Source of the DNA: Candidatus Eiseniibacteriota bacterium
Lineage (GTDB): Bacteria; Eisenbacteria; RBG-16-71-46; CAVPCR01
DNA length: 64,000 bases
Assembly: GCA_963702435.1 (NCBI GenBank)
Contig: CAVPCR010000001.1
Coordinates: 352,001 to 416,000 of the forward strand
Direction: 5' to 3'
The position numbers and the translations under genes were made by a program. Under the pieces are notes generated by a model. That model had not been told where the DNA came from and made no database searches. It saw nothing but the letters and a program-made list of their open reading frames with translations. This document shows, in pieces, positions 1-10,293 of the stretch. The first letter of the stretch is position 1. Each line of letters opens with the position of its first letter.

Positions 1-100
1 CCGGAGTGCAGGCCGCGGCGGGGCCGGGGCCGAGCAACCGGATGAAGAGCAAGGCAAGGGCGACCGGGAGCGCGCCCGGCTGCGCGTCGTCCAATGGCAT
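1..100 (-). CDS. 5' part of a probable secreted protein (runs off window start)
   Basis: ATG at 100 preceded by GGAGGAGG; MPLDDAQPGALPVALALLFIRLLGPGPAAACT resembles a signal peptide. Confidence 0.45.
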   Translation of the reverse strand, partial: MPLDDAQPGALPVALALLFIRLLGPGPAAACTP

Positions 101-393
101 GAGCCCTCCTCCCAGGCGGCCAGTGAGGACTCGACCATCGTACCACCGGCCCACCTGCGAGCGGACCGCCCCGGACCGAGGCCTTCGCTCGCCCTCGCCG
201 TGAGACGACCGCGCCCGCGGTGCAACCGGCGCTGAAACTGCGAGTTGCAGCGAACGCGCGCGGCTCGCTCCGGGACCGGGGTCGCCCGGACTTCGCGGCC
301 CCCAGGGTCTCGGTTCGGCGTAGAATAGAAGGAGCAGGGTGCCGATCCTGGCAAAGTCCCGCGGGCTGCCGCCCGGCAGCCAAGGAGGGAACC

Positions 394-1536
394 ATGCGAC
401 TCTCAGTGCTCCTCGCCTTCCTTCTCGCCCTGTCCGCCCCGGCCACCGCCGATGTGATCGAGGTCCCCGGGGATTTCCCGACCATCCAGCTCGCCGTCGA
501 CAACGCGCTGCCCGGCGATGAGATCCGGATCGCGGCAGGAACGTACATCGAGAACGTGCAGCTCACCTCGCGCCGGGATCTCGTCATTCACAGCGTATCC
601 GGACCCGACGTGACCATCGTCGATGGGAACCTGCTCGGGGCCGCCTTCAGCCTCTACCTGTGCCAGCGCATCACGATCGCGGACCTCGGCATCCGCCGCG
701 GCGACACCGGCCTGCGCGTGCACGATTCGACGTCGATCGAGATCACGGGATGCACGATCGAGGACAACGTATCGACCGGCGACGGCGGCGGCATCTGGGC
801 CATCGGCTCCAACATCGCGATCGAGAACAACCGGATCCTCGACAACTCGGCCAACGTGGGCGCGTCTCTCGACGGCGGTGGGATCTACTGCTTCGTCACC
901 TCGGGCGTGATCGCCGACAACCTCTTCCGGGGGAACCGCGCCCAGGAGGGCGGCGGGATCATCATCAACAGCTCCACCGTTCCCTTCCTGGACGTGGTGC
1001 GCAACCTGTTCGTCGACAACGAGGCCACCTGGTACGGGGGCGCCGTCTACGTGAACCGGGGGACCCGGCCGGAGATCACCCGGAACACCCTCGCCGGCAA
1101 CCGGGCCGGAGTCTCGGGTGCGGGCATCTGGTACACCGAGATGAGCGAGGCGGCGATCTCGAACAACATTGTGGCCGGCAACACCGCCCCGCTCGGCGGC
1201 GGCATCATGGCCTTCCTGCCGAGCGCGGCCGCCCTCTTCACCTGCAACGATGTCTGGGGCAACGCGGGCGGCGATTACGCGGGATACGTGGTCGATCCGA
1301 CCGGCAGCGCCGGCAACATCTCGGCCGACCCCCTGTTCTGCGGCGCGAGCCTCGGCGACTACCGCCTCGATGAGAATTCCCCCTGCGCGCCCGACAACTC
1401 GCCGGGCGAGTGCGGCCTGATCGGCGCGCTCGACGTCGGCTGCGGAGTCACCGCGGTCGAGCCCGCGACCTGGGGCGGCATCAAGGGGCGCTACTCGACC
1501 GCGAAGCGCAGCGGAGGCGAGAGCGAGAATCAGTAA
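394..1536 (+). CDS. secreted right-handed parallel beta-helix (pectin-lyase-like) protein
   Basis: AAGGAGG RBS before ATG 394; signal peptide; VPGDFPTIQLAVD start; repeated N-x-A-xx-GGGI motifs; C-terminal TWGGIKGRY. Confidence 0.8.
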   Translation: MRLSVLLAFLLALSAPATADVIEVPGDFPTIQLAVDNALPGDEIRIAAGTYIENVQLTSRRDLVIHSVSGPDVTIVDGNLLGAAFSLYLCQRITIADLGIRRGDTGLRVHDSTSIEITGCTIEDNVSTGDGGGIWAIGSNIAIENNRILDNSANVGASLDGGGIYCFVTSGVIADNLFRGNRAQEGGGIIINSSTVPFLDVVRNLFVDNEATWYGGAVYVNRGTRPEITRNTLAGNRAGVSGAGIWYTEMSEAAISNNIVAGNTAPLGGGIMAFLPSAAALFTCNDVWGNAGGDYAGYVVDPTGSAGNISADPLFCGASLGDYRLDENSPCAPDNSPGECGLIGALDVGCGVTAVEPATWGGIKGRYSTAKRSGGESENQ

Positions 1537-2186
1537 TTCTCGACCGGGCTCTTCTCGAACCACCAGAAGGGGTGGATCAGCACGCACAGGCGGTCGTGCC
1601 GGCCCAGGTGATTGCAGAGGCAGCCTTCGCGCCAGCGACCGTTCGAGTCGGAGAGGTACTTGAACCCCTCCAGAAACCGGGGCAGGTACGCCTCGTAGCG
1701 GAGACCAAAGGTCGCGATGTTCTCCTCGGTCACCGTCCGGCCGCTCTTGGCCGGAAGATGGGCCGCGGCGGATGCGACCGGGCGGCCGAGGAGCGCCTCG
1801 ATCATCGCCTTCTCGCGATGGAGCATCGCGGCCGGGTCCTCGCCGGCGGCATCGGCGAAGCCCGGCTCGTAGTGCAGCCCGATCTCGTGGCCCAGCGCCA
1901 TGATCTCGCGCAGCTTCAGGTAGGTGTGGTACTCGAACGGGTTGTAATAGTGGGCATGGAGGCGCAGGAAGTAGGTCGAGCGGATGCCGAGCTCCACCTC
2001 GACGCGGGCGAAGTTCAAGGCGAGATCGACCGAGAAGTCGATGTCGTGCCGCATCAGGAAGAGCCGCTGCGCGGTCACCGTCTCGTGCTCGGCGAACGTG
2101 GCGAAGCGATAGCCGTGCGATAGGGCGGTCTGGATGAGCTCGCGATAGTGGGCGATCCGGAACCCGCCGCAGGCCGGGTCGGTCAT
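1530..2186 (-). CDS. polysaccharide deacetylase-like protein
   Basis: MRHDIDFS, STYFLRL and GHEIGLHYE motifs; start overlaps the stop of the upstream acyltransferase (ATGA). Confidence 0.7.
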   Translation of the reverse strand: MTDPACGGFRIAHYRELIQTALSHGYRFATFAEHETVTAQRLFLMRHDIDFSVDLALNFARVEVELGIRSTYFLRLHAHYYNPFEYHTYLKLREIMALGHEIGLHYEPGFADAAGEDPAAMLHREKAMIEALLGRPVASAAAHLPAKSGRTVTEENIATFGLRYEAYLPRFLEGFKYLSDSNGRWREGCLCNHLGRHDRLCVLIHPFWWFEKSPVENY

Positions 2187-3241
2187 GGCTTGGCTCCCGT
2201 CTGGCGCGCCAGGCCGCGCAGGGCCAGCAGCGGCGCCGGCGCCAGCGCGCGGAACGGCCGGCCGGTGAAGATCCTGATCCCGCTCCGGCGCAGGAAGTCC
2301 CGGACATCCTCTCCGATCGGACCGCCGGCGCCGCTTGCGGTCATCGCCTCGAGATCGAATGAAAGAGGCGCCGGCGGCTCCCCGCTCACGATCACGCGGA
2401 GCGGCGGCCCGGCCTCGATCCGCACCGAGATGCGCTCGCCGCCGTACTCGAGCTGGATCTCCGGGGAGCCCGCGCCCGGCTCGGCCAGGACGCGCGCGCC
2501 CTTCCAGTCGAGCGTCCGTACGTAGCGCGAGAGGATGTCGAGAACGAGCGCCTCGCGCTCGCGCGATCCGAGACTCCTGCGGACGTCGGCCTTGAGCACG
2601 CGCGCGGGAATCCCCCCGACCAGGCTGTACGGCGGAGTGTCCGTGCCGACCACGGAGCCCGCCGCCACGGTGGTCCCGCGCCCGAGCGTCACTCCGGGCA
2701 GGATCACTCCCTTCACGTACACGACCACATCGTCCTCGATGGTCACCGGCGCGAAGCGGTACGGATAGCCCTCGAGCACCGGCTGCCAGCAACCATGGGT
2801 GAGGACCACGGCGTCCGCCGAGAGCGCGCAGCCCTGGCCGATCGTCACCGATTCCGAGAGATTGACATAGGCGCCGTCGAAGAACGACGTATGGTCGCCG
2901 ACCGCGAGGTTCGAGTCGGGACCCTGCGATCCGCCGCCCCCGATCACGACTCGACGCGTCGACCAGAAGTAGGCGCCGAAGCGGAGATGCCGGCCGGTCG
3001 CACGAAGCCCGGGACCCAGGATGCTCTGCGGACCGAGGCTCAACTCCTCGATGGCGGTCACCTCGACATCGCCCGCCACCTCGCTGCCGGCGGCGAGATG
3101 GATGCGGCCGCCCGTCAGGTTCGTGCGCTCCCCGATGCGGACGCCTTCCTCGATGCGGAGGTCGTGGGCCACGATGCGGGCGCTCGACCCCAGCTTGGCG
3201 GACGGGTGGATGGCGGACGTCCCGACGCACAGGTCAGCCAT
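2183..3241 (-). CDS. hexapeptide-repeat (left-handed beta-helix) acyltransferase
   Basis: PVTIEDDVVV...ILPGVTLGRGTTVAAGSVV...PPYSLVGGIPARV. Confidence 0.8.
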   Translation of the reverse strand: MADLCVGTSAIHPSAKLGSSARIVAHDLRIEEGVRIGERTNLTGGRIHLAAGSEVAGDVEVTAIEELSLGPQSILGPGLRATGRHLRFGAYFWSTRRVVIGGGGSQGPDSNLAVGDHTSFFDGAYVNLSESVTIGQGCALSADAVVLTHGCWQPVLEGYPYRFAPVTIEDDVVVYVKGVILPGVTLGRGTTVAAGSVVGTDTPPYSLVGGIPARVLKADVRRSLGSREREALVLDILSRYVRTLDWKGARVLAEPGAGSPEIQLEYGGERISVRIEAGPPLRVIVSGEPPAPLSFDLEAMTASGAGGPIGEDVRDFLRRSGIRIFTGRPFRALAPAPLLALRGLARQTGAKP

Positions 3242-3274
3242 GCAATGCGCTCCGGTTCAGGTTCGCCTCGATTG

Positions 3275-3331
3275 CGCGGACGAGGCACGGTGCACGCGGA
3301 CGAGGCACGGTACACGCGGTCGAGGCGGTGC
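3275..3331. repeat. short ~20-bp tandem repeat (CGCGGACGAGGCACGGTRCA x2 plus a degenerate third copy)
   Basis: read directly from the sequence; intergenic, near the left island edge. Confidence 0.6.
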
Positions 3332-3359
3332 GTCAAGATGCTGCAGCGCACCGGCGACT

Positions 3360-5774
3360 TCACGACCCCGACGTCTCGAGCCCCAGCTCGCGCCTGATCG
3401 CGCCGAAGTCGAACCGCTGCCCCGCGGGGAGCCGCGACTCCCGGTGCTCGATCTCCTTGAGCAGGAGATCCACCTGCTGCCGGCCGAGCTTCGTCCGCAC
3501 GGCTGCGCGCGCCGTCAACCCGTCGAGCGCGGGGAGGGGGTGATCGACCCAATCGGCATAGTGCTTCGCCTTGAACTCACGGACGACTCGATCCATCTCG
3601 TCGGACGCGGGCGCTGGTGGCGGCGGAGCCGCGGGCGCGCCGTGGCCGTCCTTCATCGAGGCGCGGGGATCGCTGTGCTCGCGGGCGCGATGGCGGATCA
3701 ACGGCCCGAGCGATGATTCGAGGGACGCGCGCATCGCATCCGCCCTGTTGATCGAGTTGGTCTCCACGCGAAGCGCGTTCCCGGCAACCGTGACATGTCC
3801 GATGACGGTGGTCTCCCCGCTCGAGTGGATGCGATTGCCCGGTCGGCTGAAGACATAGACCGCATCGTCCGCGCCGCCGCCGGGCGACTCCTCGACGCCT
3901 TTCATCGTGGCCAGCCGGCGCCGGATCTTGGCCCGGTCCACGGGATGGAACGCGAAGTGGTCCGCGGTCAAGAGGAGGGGATCCCCATCGGTGTTCACGA
4001 GCGTGGGCGGGCGCGCGACTCGTTCGTCGGCGTCCGCCAACGCCTCCTCCCAGCGGGCGATCAGATAGCGGCCGATCGCCTCCTCCTGCATCCGCTCGAT
4101 CGGGATGCTGCTCTTCCGCCGCAATCGACCGCGCGCCCGCTGGACCACGCTGCTCGCGTCCCTGGGCGAGAGCGAGCGGTGATAGACGCCGAATAGCATC
4201 GAGGTTCCCGCGTGGTCGACCACGCGCGCGAGCACGGCATCCCGCTTGACGAGGGACCTGGAAGCCGTCGCCTCCTGCACCACGCGGACCTCGTCGGTAA
4301 GGAGATCTCTCAGGGTCAAGGTCCGGCCGGGCTCGACGGCCTGCACTTCCCACACCGAGAGCCAGGCGGCGCGCTGTGCGTTCATCCAGGCGCGCTCGCG
4401 CGCGGAGAGCTCGCGAGCATGCTCCTCGAGGAACCAGTCGATGATGGGCTTCCCATCGATCTCGTGATGATAGAGCGCCCACGGGCCGAGAAGCCCGTGC
4501 GGTACGGACCGATCTGCGAATGCCTCGGCAGCGGGGGCCGCCCAGCCCGGTCCGAAACGCCGCCGGGCGTACTGGCTCATGCGCTCGACGAGTTGCGAGT
4601 CGAGTTCGAACCCGACTGGAGGCGTGCCGGCGGTGGCGCCGGGAGCCTCGTTGACCGCGAGCTCGGCCGCGGAGGCCTCATCGGCCGCGAGGTCGGCGGC
4701 TCGCGCCTCGTTGACGGCGAACTCATCGGCCGCCTCGCAAGGTGCGGTGATCCGCACTTCGATGCCGTCGTCGTCGACGTACGACTCGCACACCGGATCG
4801 AAGAGATCCTCGGCGAAGATGGCCCGATGCCTGGTGAAGAAGGCGGCCAGCGCTGAGGCGCAGGCGGTGACGATGCGGACATCCCGCTCCGCGAGCGGCC
4901 GCTGGACCCCGTCCGGATCCTGGTACTCGACCGTCGGATAGGCGCGCGCGTCGCAGACCGGCCAGCCGTGTTCCAGCGCCTCACGATGCATGGAGGTCGG
5001 AAGATCGGATCCTGCATCGTAGTTGAGGGAGAGGATCGTGGTCCCCATGTCGAACGGCGCATCGTGCGACTGCTCCGCCTCGACCCGTTCGAGAACTCCC
5101 TCGAACGCCTCGAGCGAGGGGAAGAGGATCAACCCGGTGCTCTCGCCGGCGTTGCCGATGATCGAGAGACATGCCCCCACGACATCGTAGGCCGGGATGT
5201 CCACGCGCAGGACCTGGGTGTCGGCGGCCACCTTCCAGGGCGCGAGACGGTAGAGGACATCGGCCGCGCGGAAGAGAGACGCCACCGCCTCGATCCCGAC
5301 CCGACCGTTCTCGAAGTAGCTCGGTTCCTCGCTGCCGTCGTCCTCGGCGCCGGCATCCCCGGATGCCGCCATGTCTTCCGCCACAGCATTGGACATGAGT
5401 TCGAGCACGTCGTGGATCTCGGGAGTCGGAGCCTCGACGACTCGCGCATCGGGGAGGACCCGCCGCACCTCCGCGGCCAGGCGCGCGTCGGCCACCCGCA
5501 CGCTGGCCGGGCGCCGCGGTCGGCCGATGAGCGGCGACTTCATGGCATCGAGCAGCGAGGCGCCGAAGGAAACAGGAGGCTCCACGGGGTCCTTCAGGTG
5601 GAAGGACACCACCGAGAGGCCGGGCATCTCGATCCAGAGGGTCATTTCCGGGCGGTACGGCTCGCCCTCGGCAACGTAGAAGGGAGCGGCGACCCGGCCG
5701 CCGATCCACTCGAGCCCGCGGGGAGCGGTGCGCCCGGGCCCACCCCGCTGCTTGCTGCGCGCATGGGTTCCCAT
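3360..5774 (-). CDS. large conserved hypothetical protein with a C-terminal Xre/MbcA-like tail
   Basis: 804-aa ORF with protein-like composition; tail WVDHPLPALDGLTARAAV resembles the W-x-D-x-P-x-PAL-x-G-x-TP motif. Confidence 0.6.
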   Translation of the reverse strand: MGTHARSKQRGGPGRTAPRGLEWIGGRVAAPFYVAEGEPYRPEMTLWIEMPGLSVVSFHLKDPVEPPVSFGASLLDAMKSPLIGRPRRPASVRVADARLAAEVRRVLPDARVVEAPTPEIHDVLELMSNAVAEDMAASGDAGAEDDGSEEPSYFENGRVGIEAVASLFRAADVLYRLAPWKVAADTQVLRVDIPAYDVVGACLSIIGNAGESTGLILFPSLEAFEGVLERVEAEQSHDAPFDMGTTILSLNYDAGSDLPTSMHREALEHGWPVCDARAYPTVEYQDPDGVQRPLAERDVRIVTACASALAAFFTRHRAIFAEDLFDPVCESYVDDDGIEVRITAPCEAADEFAVNEARAADLAADEASAAELAVNEAPGATAGTPPVGFELDSQLVERMSQYARRRFGPGWAAPAAEAFADRSVPHGLLGPWALYHHEIDGKPIIDWFLEEHARELSARERAWMNAQRAAWLSVWEVQAVEPGRTLTLRDLLTDEVRVVQEATASRSLVKRDAVLARVVDHAGTSMLFGVYHRSLSPRDASSVVQRARGRLRRKSSIPIERMQEEAIGRYLIARWEEALADADERVARPPTLVNTDGDPLLLTADHFAFHPVDRAKIRRRLATMKGVEESPGGGADDAVYVFSRPGNRIHSSGETTVIGHVTVAGNALRVETNSINRADAMRASLESSLGPLIRHRAREHSDPRASMKDGHGAPAAPPPPAPASDEMDRVVREFKAKHYADWVDHPLPALDGLTARAAVRTKLGRQQVDLLLKEIEHRESRLPAGQRFDFGAIRRELGLETSGS

Positions 5775-5917
5775 GCGGCGGATACTAGCGGACCGGGCCC
5801 GGGAGGTCGACCGGACGACGTGGGCCGGGAGTCAGGCGGACATCGACCGGTGTGGTTCGTAGGCCGGCGCGGTTGTGCTGTGGGAGCTATCGAGATGCAC
5901 GATGCCTCGCAGGCCGG

Positions 5918-6738
5918 CTAGCCAGCGCCCCGCCACCGGTCGCCAGGGAGAAGCGGGAGGATCACGCGCTGGACATACAAAGCGGCCTCGTCGTTGCTCC
6001 AGTCGACGTCCGGTGCGACAAGGGGCGTGATGTCCGAGAGAAACAAACGTGTCATCGGAGAGCTTTTCGTGGAGGTTCATCTCAAGTTCGGCACGAGTAA
6101 CCCGCTTCCCCTCGTGCTCGAGGCAACGCGTGAAGCACTCGACGACTCGGGCCGGGGAGACCTGTGCCGGGCGGCCGGCGATGAAGAGATCGAAGAGGTC
6201 ACGACCCTTCTTGCGCTGATACAAGGCCCGCAGCTTTGTGCCGAGCAGCTCATCGAGCCGGTACGTTCTCACGGTTGCGGTCCCCTCGAACCACCGCGAT
6301 CGCACAGCGAACTCACGTTCTATGGCTCCGAAGACCGTGAAGTGCTCACGGGAGTTGATCTCGATCTTCAGCCGCATCGGGACTGGGGACTGCCCCTCGG
6401 AGTTCATCCGATAGATGAGGGCGATGCGCCCTTCCTTGATAGTGCGCCGAGGAAAGCCAAGCCATGGGTCGAGCGCGCGCCGGATCGCGCCGAGGACGCT
6501 GCCGATAGGCCCAGCATTGACCTGCACGAGATCGATGTCCTCGGAGTAGCGAGTGGCCGGCCGAATGTGGAGCTTATAGAGCGCTGTCCCTCCGCGGAAG
6601 GCGAGGAGTCGCGCGATCGCGGGCTCGGCGAATATGGCGAGGATGGCACGTGAGACGATGAGATCTTGCTCGACCTGTGCCTCGATCGTCCATGGAGCCT
6701 CAGCACGACCATTCTGTGATGTAGTCGAGCGGAATCAC
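5918..6738 (-). pseudogene. AbiEii-family nucleotidyltransferase toxin, frameshifted
   Basis: MIPLDYITEW, then frameshift to QVEQDLIVSRA...AFRGGTALYKL...RYSEDIDL...KIEINSREH...GTKLRALYQRKKGRDLFDL; second frameshift near 6040. Confidence 0.8.
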
Positions 6739-7608
6739 ACGTCCTTCTCCACCGCTTCGTTCACGATGAGCCTCCAGCGTGAGTCGCGCGAGGCTCGCTG
6801 CTATCGACTTCCTCGATCGAAACGGCACGTACTCCTTTGCCTGAGACGCCACATGGTCGGCTAGCGGAGCCGCAAGGGTGGCGGCTTCGACTTGCTCGAG
6901 CAGGTAGCCGAGGCGCTGCGCCCACGGGATTGGCGAGTGCTGAGTCTCCGCGAGCAGCTTCGCGGGATCCATGATCTCGGCGAGTTCGGCGAGGATGGTC
7001 GCAACGTTGGACAGGCCGCCAGCGTGGCTCGGATAGCCGACAAGGTCGAATGCCGTGGCTTCTGGCGTCGAAACGCGCAGAATGCCGCGCAGCGTAATCT
7101 TCCGCACGATCGGGACTTCGCTCACGTTGGCGCGCGCCACGAACTCAGCGCGCACCCGACCGCGGCGGATCTCTGGACGGTTTGTAGCTACGACCGCCTG
7201 GAAGATCATGGGTGCCTGGTGGGCCGCGCCATGCAGGCTCGCTGCAGTGAGCAGGCCAACGTAGTAGGCCAGACCGGAGATGGTCCATGAGCTGCGGCAC
7301 GAACTGCTCGGCGGGCAGGCACCCGAGCGCCCGGTGCTCGGGCGGGACGATTGTCAGCAATCGCGCTATAGGTAGCCACTGATTTCGCGGATAGGTGGCC
7401 AGGCGATTTCGCCGCATAGGGAGCCAGCCGTTTTCGCCCGATAGGTAGCCACCCATTTCGCTGGGAGGGAGCCAGGGGGGCGGGACCGGGGCTCGAGTCG
7501 GACCCGGAGCGCGAAGGACCGGCGGCGGGACGGGGTGGCGGGGTGCGGTGGTCCTTCCCGCACACGGGGTACCTTCCTTGGAGGCTTATAACCAGGGAGG
7601 GTAGCCCC

Positions 7609-9234
7609 GTGGCAGGAAGGAGACTGATGACACTCGACGTGCGTGAACTCGTGCGCCGGCTGCGCGCCGGCCAGACCGACCGGGCGATCGCTCGCGACCT
7701 CGGGATCGCCCGCAAGACGGTGGCCAAGTACCGCCGACTGGCCGAGGACGAGGGGCTCCTCAGCGGGCCGCTCCTCGACGTCGCGGCGCTCGACCGCCTG
7801 CTCCAGAAGAGCCTGCCAGCACCGACCTTGCCCCGTCAAGTGTTCAAGGCGGCACCGTTTGAGGCCCTGATCAAGAGCTGGCGGGAGCAAGGAGTGGAGT
7901 CCAGCGCGATCTTCGAGCGGCTGCGGGAGCAGAAGAAGTTCACTGGGAGCTACTCGGCGGTGCATCGCTACGTGCACTTCCTCGAGGGGGATGAGCGCGA
8001 GGCCTTCGTGCGCATCGAGGTCGAGCCCGGCGAGGAGGCGCAGGTCGACTTCGGCTATGCAGGCCGGATGTTCGATCGGAAGACGCAGAAGCTGCGCAAG
8101 GCGTGGGCGTTCGTGATGACGCTGTCGCACAGTCGGCACCAGTACGCCACCTTCGTCTTCGACCAGTCGGTCGCGACCTGGCTGCGCTGCCATCAGGAGG
8201 CGTTCGAGTACCTGGGCGGCGTACCCAAGCGGATCGTCGTCGATAACCTGAAGGCGGCGATCGTCAAGGCGGTGCTCCATGAGCCCGTCGCCCAGCGCAG
8301 CTACCGGGAGTGCGCCGAGCACTACGGGTTCCTGATCTCGCCGTGCCGGCCGCGCACGCCGCGGCACAAGGGCAAGGTCGAGTCGGGCGTCAAGTACCTC
8401 AAGCGGAACTTCCTCGCCGGGCGCACGTTCTCCGATCTCGCTGCGGCCAACGCCGAGCTCCTCGGGTGGATCGAGCGGGTGGCCGGTCGGCGCGTCCACG
8501 GGACGACCAAGCAGCGGCCGCTTGACCGCTTCGTGGCGGTGGAGAAGACGGCGCTCCTCGCCCTCCCCGCCGCTCCCTACGATCTGGGAGTGTGGAAGAA
8601 GGTGAAGCTGCATCCCGACTGCCACGTCGTGTTCGATCACGCCTTCTACTCGGCGCCGCACCGGCTCATCGGCCAGCAGCTGTGGGTCCGCTCGAACGGC
8701 CGCGAGGTCGTGATCTTCCACGACTACACTCGGATCGCCACCAACGCCTGGGGGCCGCCGGGCACGCGGCGCACGATCCGCGATCACTTGCCGCCGGAGA
8801 AGGTGGCCGTCTTGATGGCCACCCCGCAGTACTGCCGGGAGCGCGCCCAGGCGATCGGCCCCTGCGCGGCCGAGCTCGTGGGCCAGCTCCTCGACGAGCG
8901 ACCGCTCGACCGGCTGCGCACGGTGCAGGCGCTCCTCCGGCTTGCCGAGCGCTACGGGACCCGGCGCTTCGAGGCGGCCGCGCGCCGCGCGCTCTGCTAC
9001 AGCGACATCCGCTACCACACGCTCAAGCGCATCCTCGAGCGCGGGCTCGAGGCCGAGCCGTTGCCCACAGGAGAGACCGCACCCCGCGTGGTCCCCCTCT
9101 TCGTCTTCGCGCGCGCCGGGTCCGAGCTGTTCCCTCACCAGGGAGGCATGGACCATGGATCTCAACTCGCAGTTGATCCCGAAGCTCAAGGCCTTGCGGC
9201 TGTCGGGGATCTTGGCGACCCTCGACATGCGTAA
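7609..9234 (+). CDS. istA: IS21 transposase
   Basis: N-terminal HTH; PGEEAQVDFG, GGVPKRIVVDNLKAAI, KGKVESGVKY and RVHGTT motifs. Confidence 0.92.
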   Translation: MAGRRLMTLDVRELVRRLRAGQTDRAIARDLGIARKTVAKYRRLAEDEGLLSGPLLDVAALDRLLQKSLPAPTLPRQVFKAAPFEALIKSWREQGVESSAIFERLREQKKFTGSYSAVHRYVHFLEGDEREAFVRIEVEPGEEAQVDFGYAGRMFDRKTQKLRKAWAFVMTLSHSRHQYATFVFDQSVATWLRCHQEAFEYLGGVPKRIVVDNLKAAIVKAVLHEPVAQRSYRECAEHYGFLISPCRPRTPRHKGKVESGVKYLKRNFLAGRTFSDLAAANAELLGWIERVAGRRVHGTTKQRPLDRFVAVEKTALLALPAAPYDLGVWKKVKLHPDCHVVFDHAFYSAPHRLIGQQLWVRSNGREVVIFHDYTRIATNAWGPPGTRRTIRDHLPPEKVAVLMATPQYCRERAQAIGPCAAELVGQLLDERPLDRLRTVQALLRLAERYGTRRFEAAARRALCYSDIRYHTLKRILERGLEAEPLPTGETAPRVVPLFVFARAGSELFPHQGGMDHGSQLAVDPEAQGLAAVGDLGDPRHA

Positions 9235-9913
9235 CCGCCAGGCGATCGAGGACAAGCTCGCCTACGTCGAGTTCCTCGAGCGGCTCTTGGAGGACGAGGT
9301 CGAACGCCGGGCGCAGAAGCAGCTCGCGCTCCGGCTCCGCCGCGCGTCCTTCACCAGCGAGAAGACGCTCGAGGGGTTCGACTGGGCGTTCAACCCCACC
9401 ATCAGCCGCCAGCAAGTCCTCGACCTGGCCACCGGCCAGTGGATCGAGAGAAAGGAGTCGACTCTCATCGTCGGGCCCTCGGGCGTCGGCAAGAGCCACC
9501 TCGCCCAGGCCCTCGGCCACGAGGCCTGCCGTCGCGGCTACGATGTCCTCTTCCTGCCGCTGACCAAGATGCTCGCGCATCTCAACGGCGGCCGGGCGGA
9601 CGACACCTTCGAGCGGCGGCTCGGCACCTACCTCCGACCGGATCTCTTGGTCCTCGACGACTTCGGGATCCGGGCGCTCAAGGGACACGAACCGGAGGAC
9701 CTCTACGAGGTGATCAGCGGTCGCTACGAACGGGGCTCTGTGCTGGTCACCAGCAATCGGGCCTACCAGGAGTGGCCGGCGGCGTTCGGCGACAACCCGC
9801 TGCTCGCCTCGGCCGCGCTCGATCGCCTGGCGCATCGAGCGCACCTCATCACCATCACCGGCAAGAGCTACCGAGCCCATGAGCGTGAAGCCGTGGCTCG
9901 GAAGGCCGCGTAG
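9155..9913 (+). CDS. istB: IS21 AAA+ helper ATPase
   Basis: Walker A GPSGVGKSHLA, LLVLDDFG, VTSN, AALDRLAH. Confidence 0.93.
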   Translation: MDLNSQLIPKLKALRLSGILATLDMRNRQAIEDKLAYVEFLERLLEDEVERRAQKQLALRLRRASFTSEKTLEGFDWAFNPTISRQQVLDLATGQWIERKESTLIVGPSGVGKSHLAQALGHEACRRGYDVLFLPLTKMLAHLNGGRADDTFERRLGTYLRPDLLVLDDFGIRALKGHEPEDLYEVISGRYERGSVLVTSNRAYQEWPAAFGDNPLLASAALDRLAHRAHLITITGKSYRAHEREAVARKAA

Positions 9914-10293
9914 GGAGAAAGGACACCGAAGGACCACCGCACACACGTGCCCGTGGCTCCCTATCAGGCGAAATCACGTGGCTACCTTCAGGCGACAGTT
10001 GACAACGATGACGTGGAAGCCCCGAAATGGCGTCGCGATGCGAGCCTTCTCTCGCAAACGCCGGATCGCCGCCCGCACAGCGACGGGCGATGAGTTCAAG
10101 GCGGCAACGGCCTCCACGGTAGTGAAGTGGTACCGTCCCCTGGCAGCCAGCTTGTCGATGTAGCTGCCGATGTCCATCTTGGCCTCCGGAAGCACTTGGC
10201 CAAGACAACACCAGACGTTTCCTTGATCAACCACTTCCGGAAGCTGCTACCAGCAGCGCTGGGCGTGGTAGGACTCCCCGCGCGAGCGCTCGA

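Larger units (their letters stand above)
7352..10004 (+). mobile_element. IS21-family insertion sequence
   Basis: TGTCA...TGACA ends; multiple internal ATAGGTAGCCAC-like repeats; 5-bp target duplication ACGAT (7347-7351 and 10005-10009); istA-istB. Confidence 0.93.
6735..10177 (-). pseudogene. AbiEi-family antitoxin interrupted by IS21 and frameshifted
   Basis: N-terminus MDIGSYIDKLAARGRYHFT...RGFHVIV (10177-10005) continues across the IS as IVPPEHRALGCLP, then YYVGLLTAASLHGAAHQAP and STPEATAFDLVGY in shifted frames. Confidence 0.8.

Noticed and set aside
7368..7462. Regular ~24-bp repeats resembling a mini CRISPR
   Set aside because: They lie inside the IS21 left end and recur inverted at the right end, so they are transposase-binding repeats; no spacers or cas genes.
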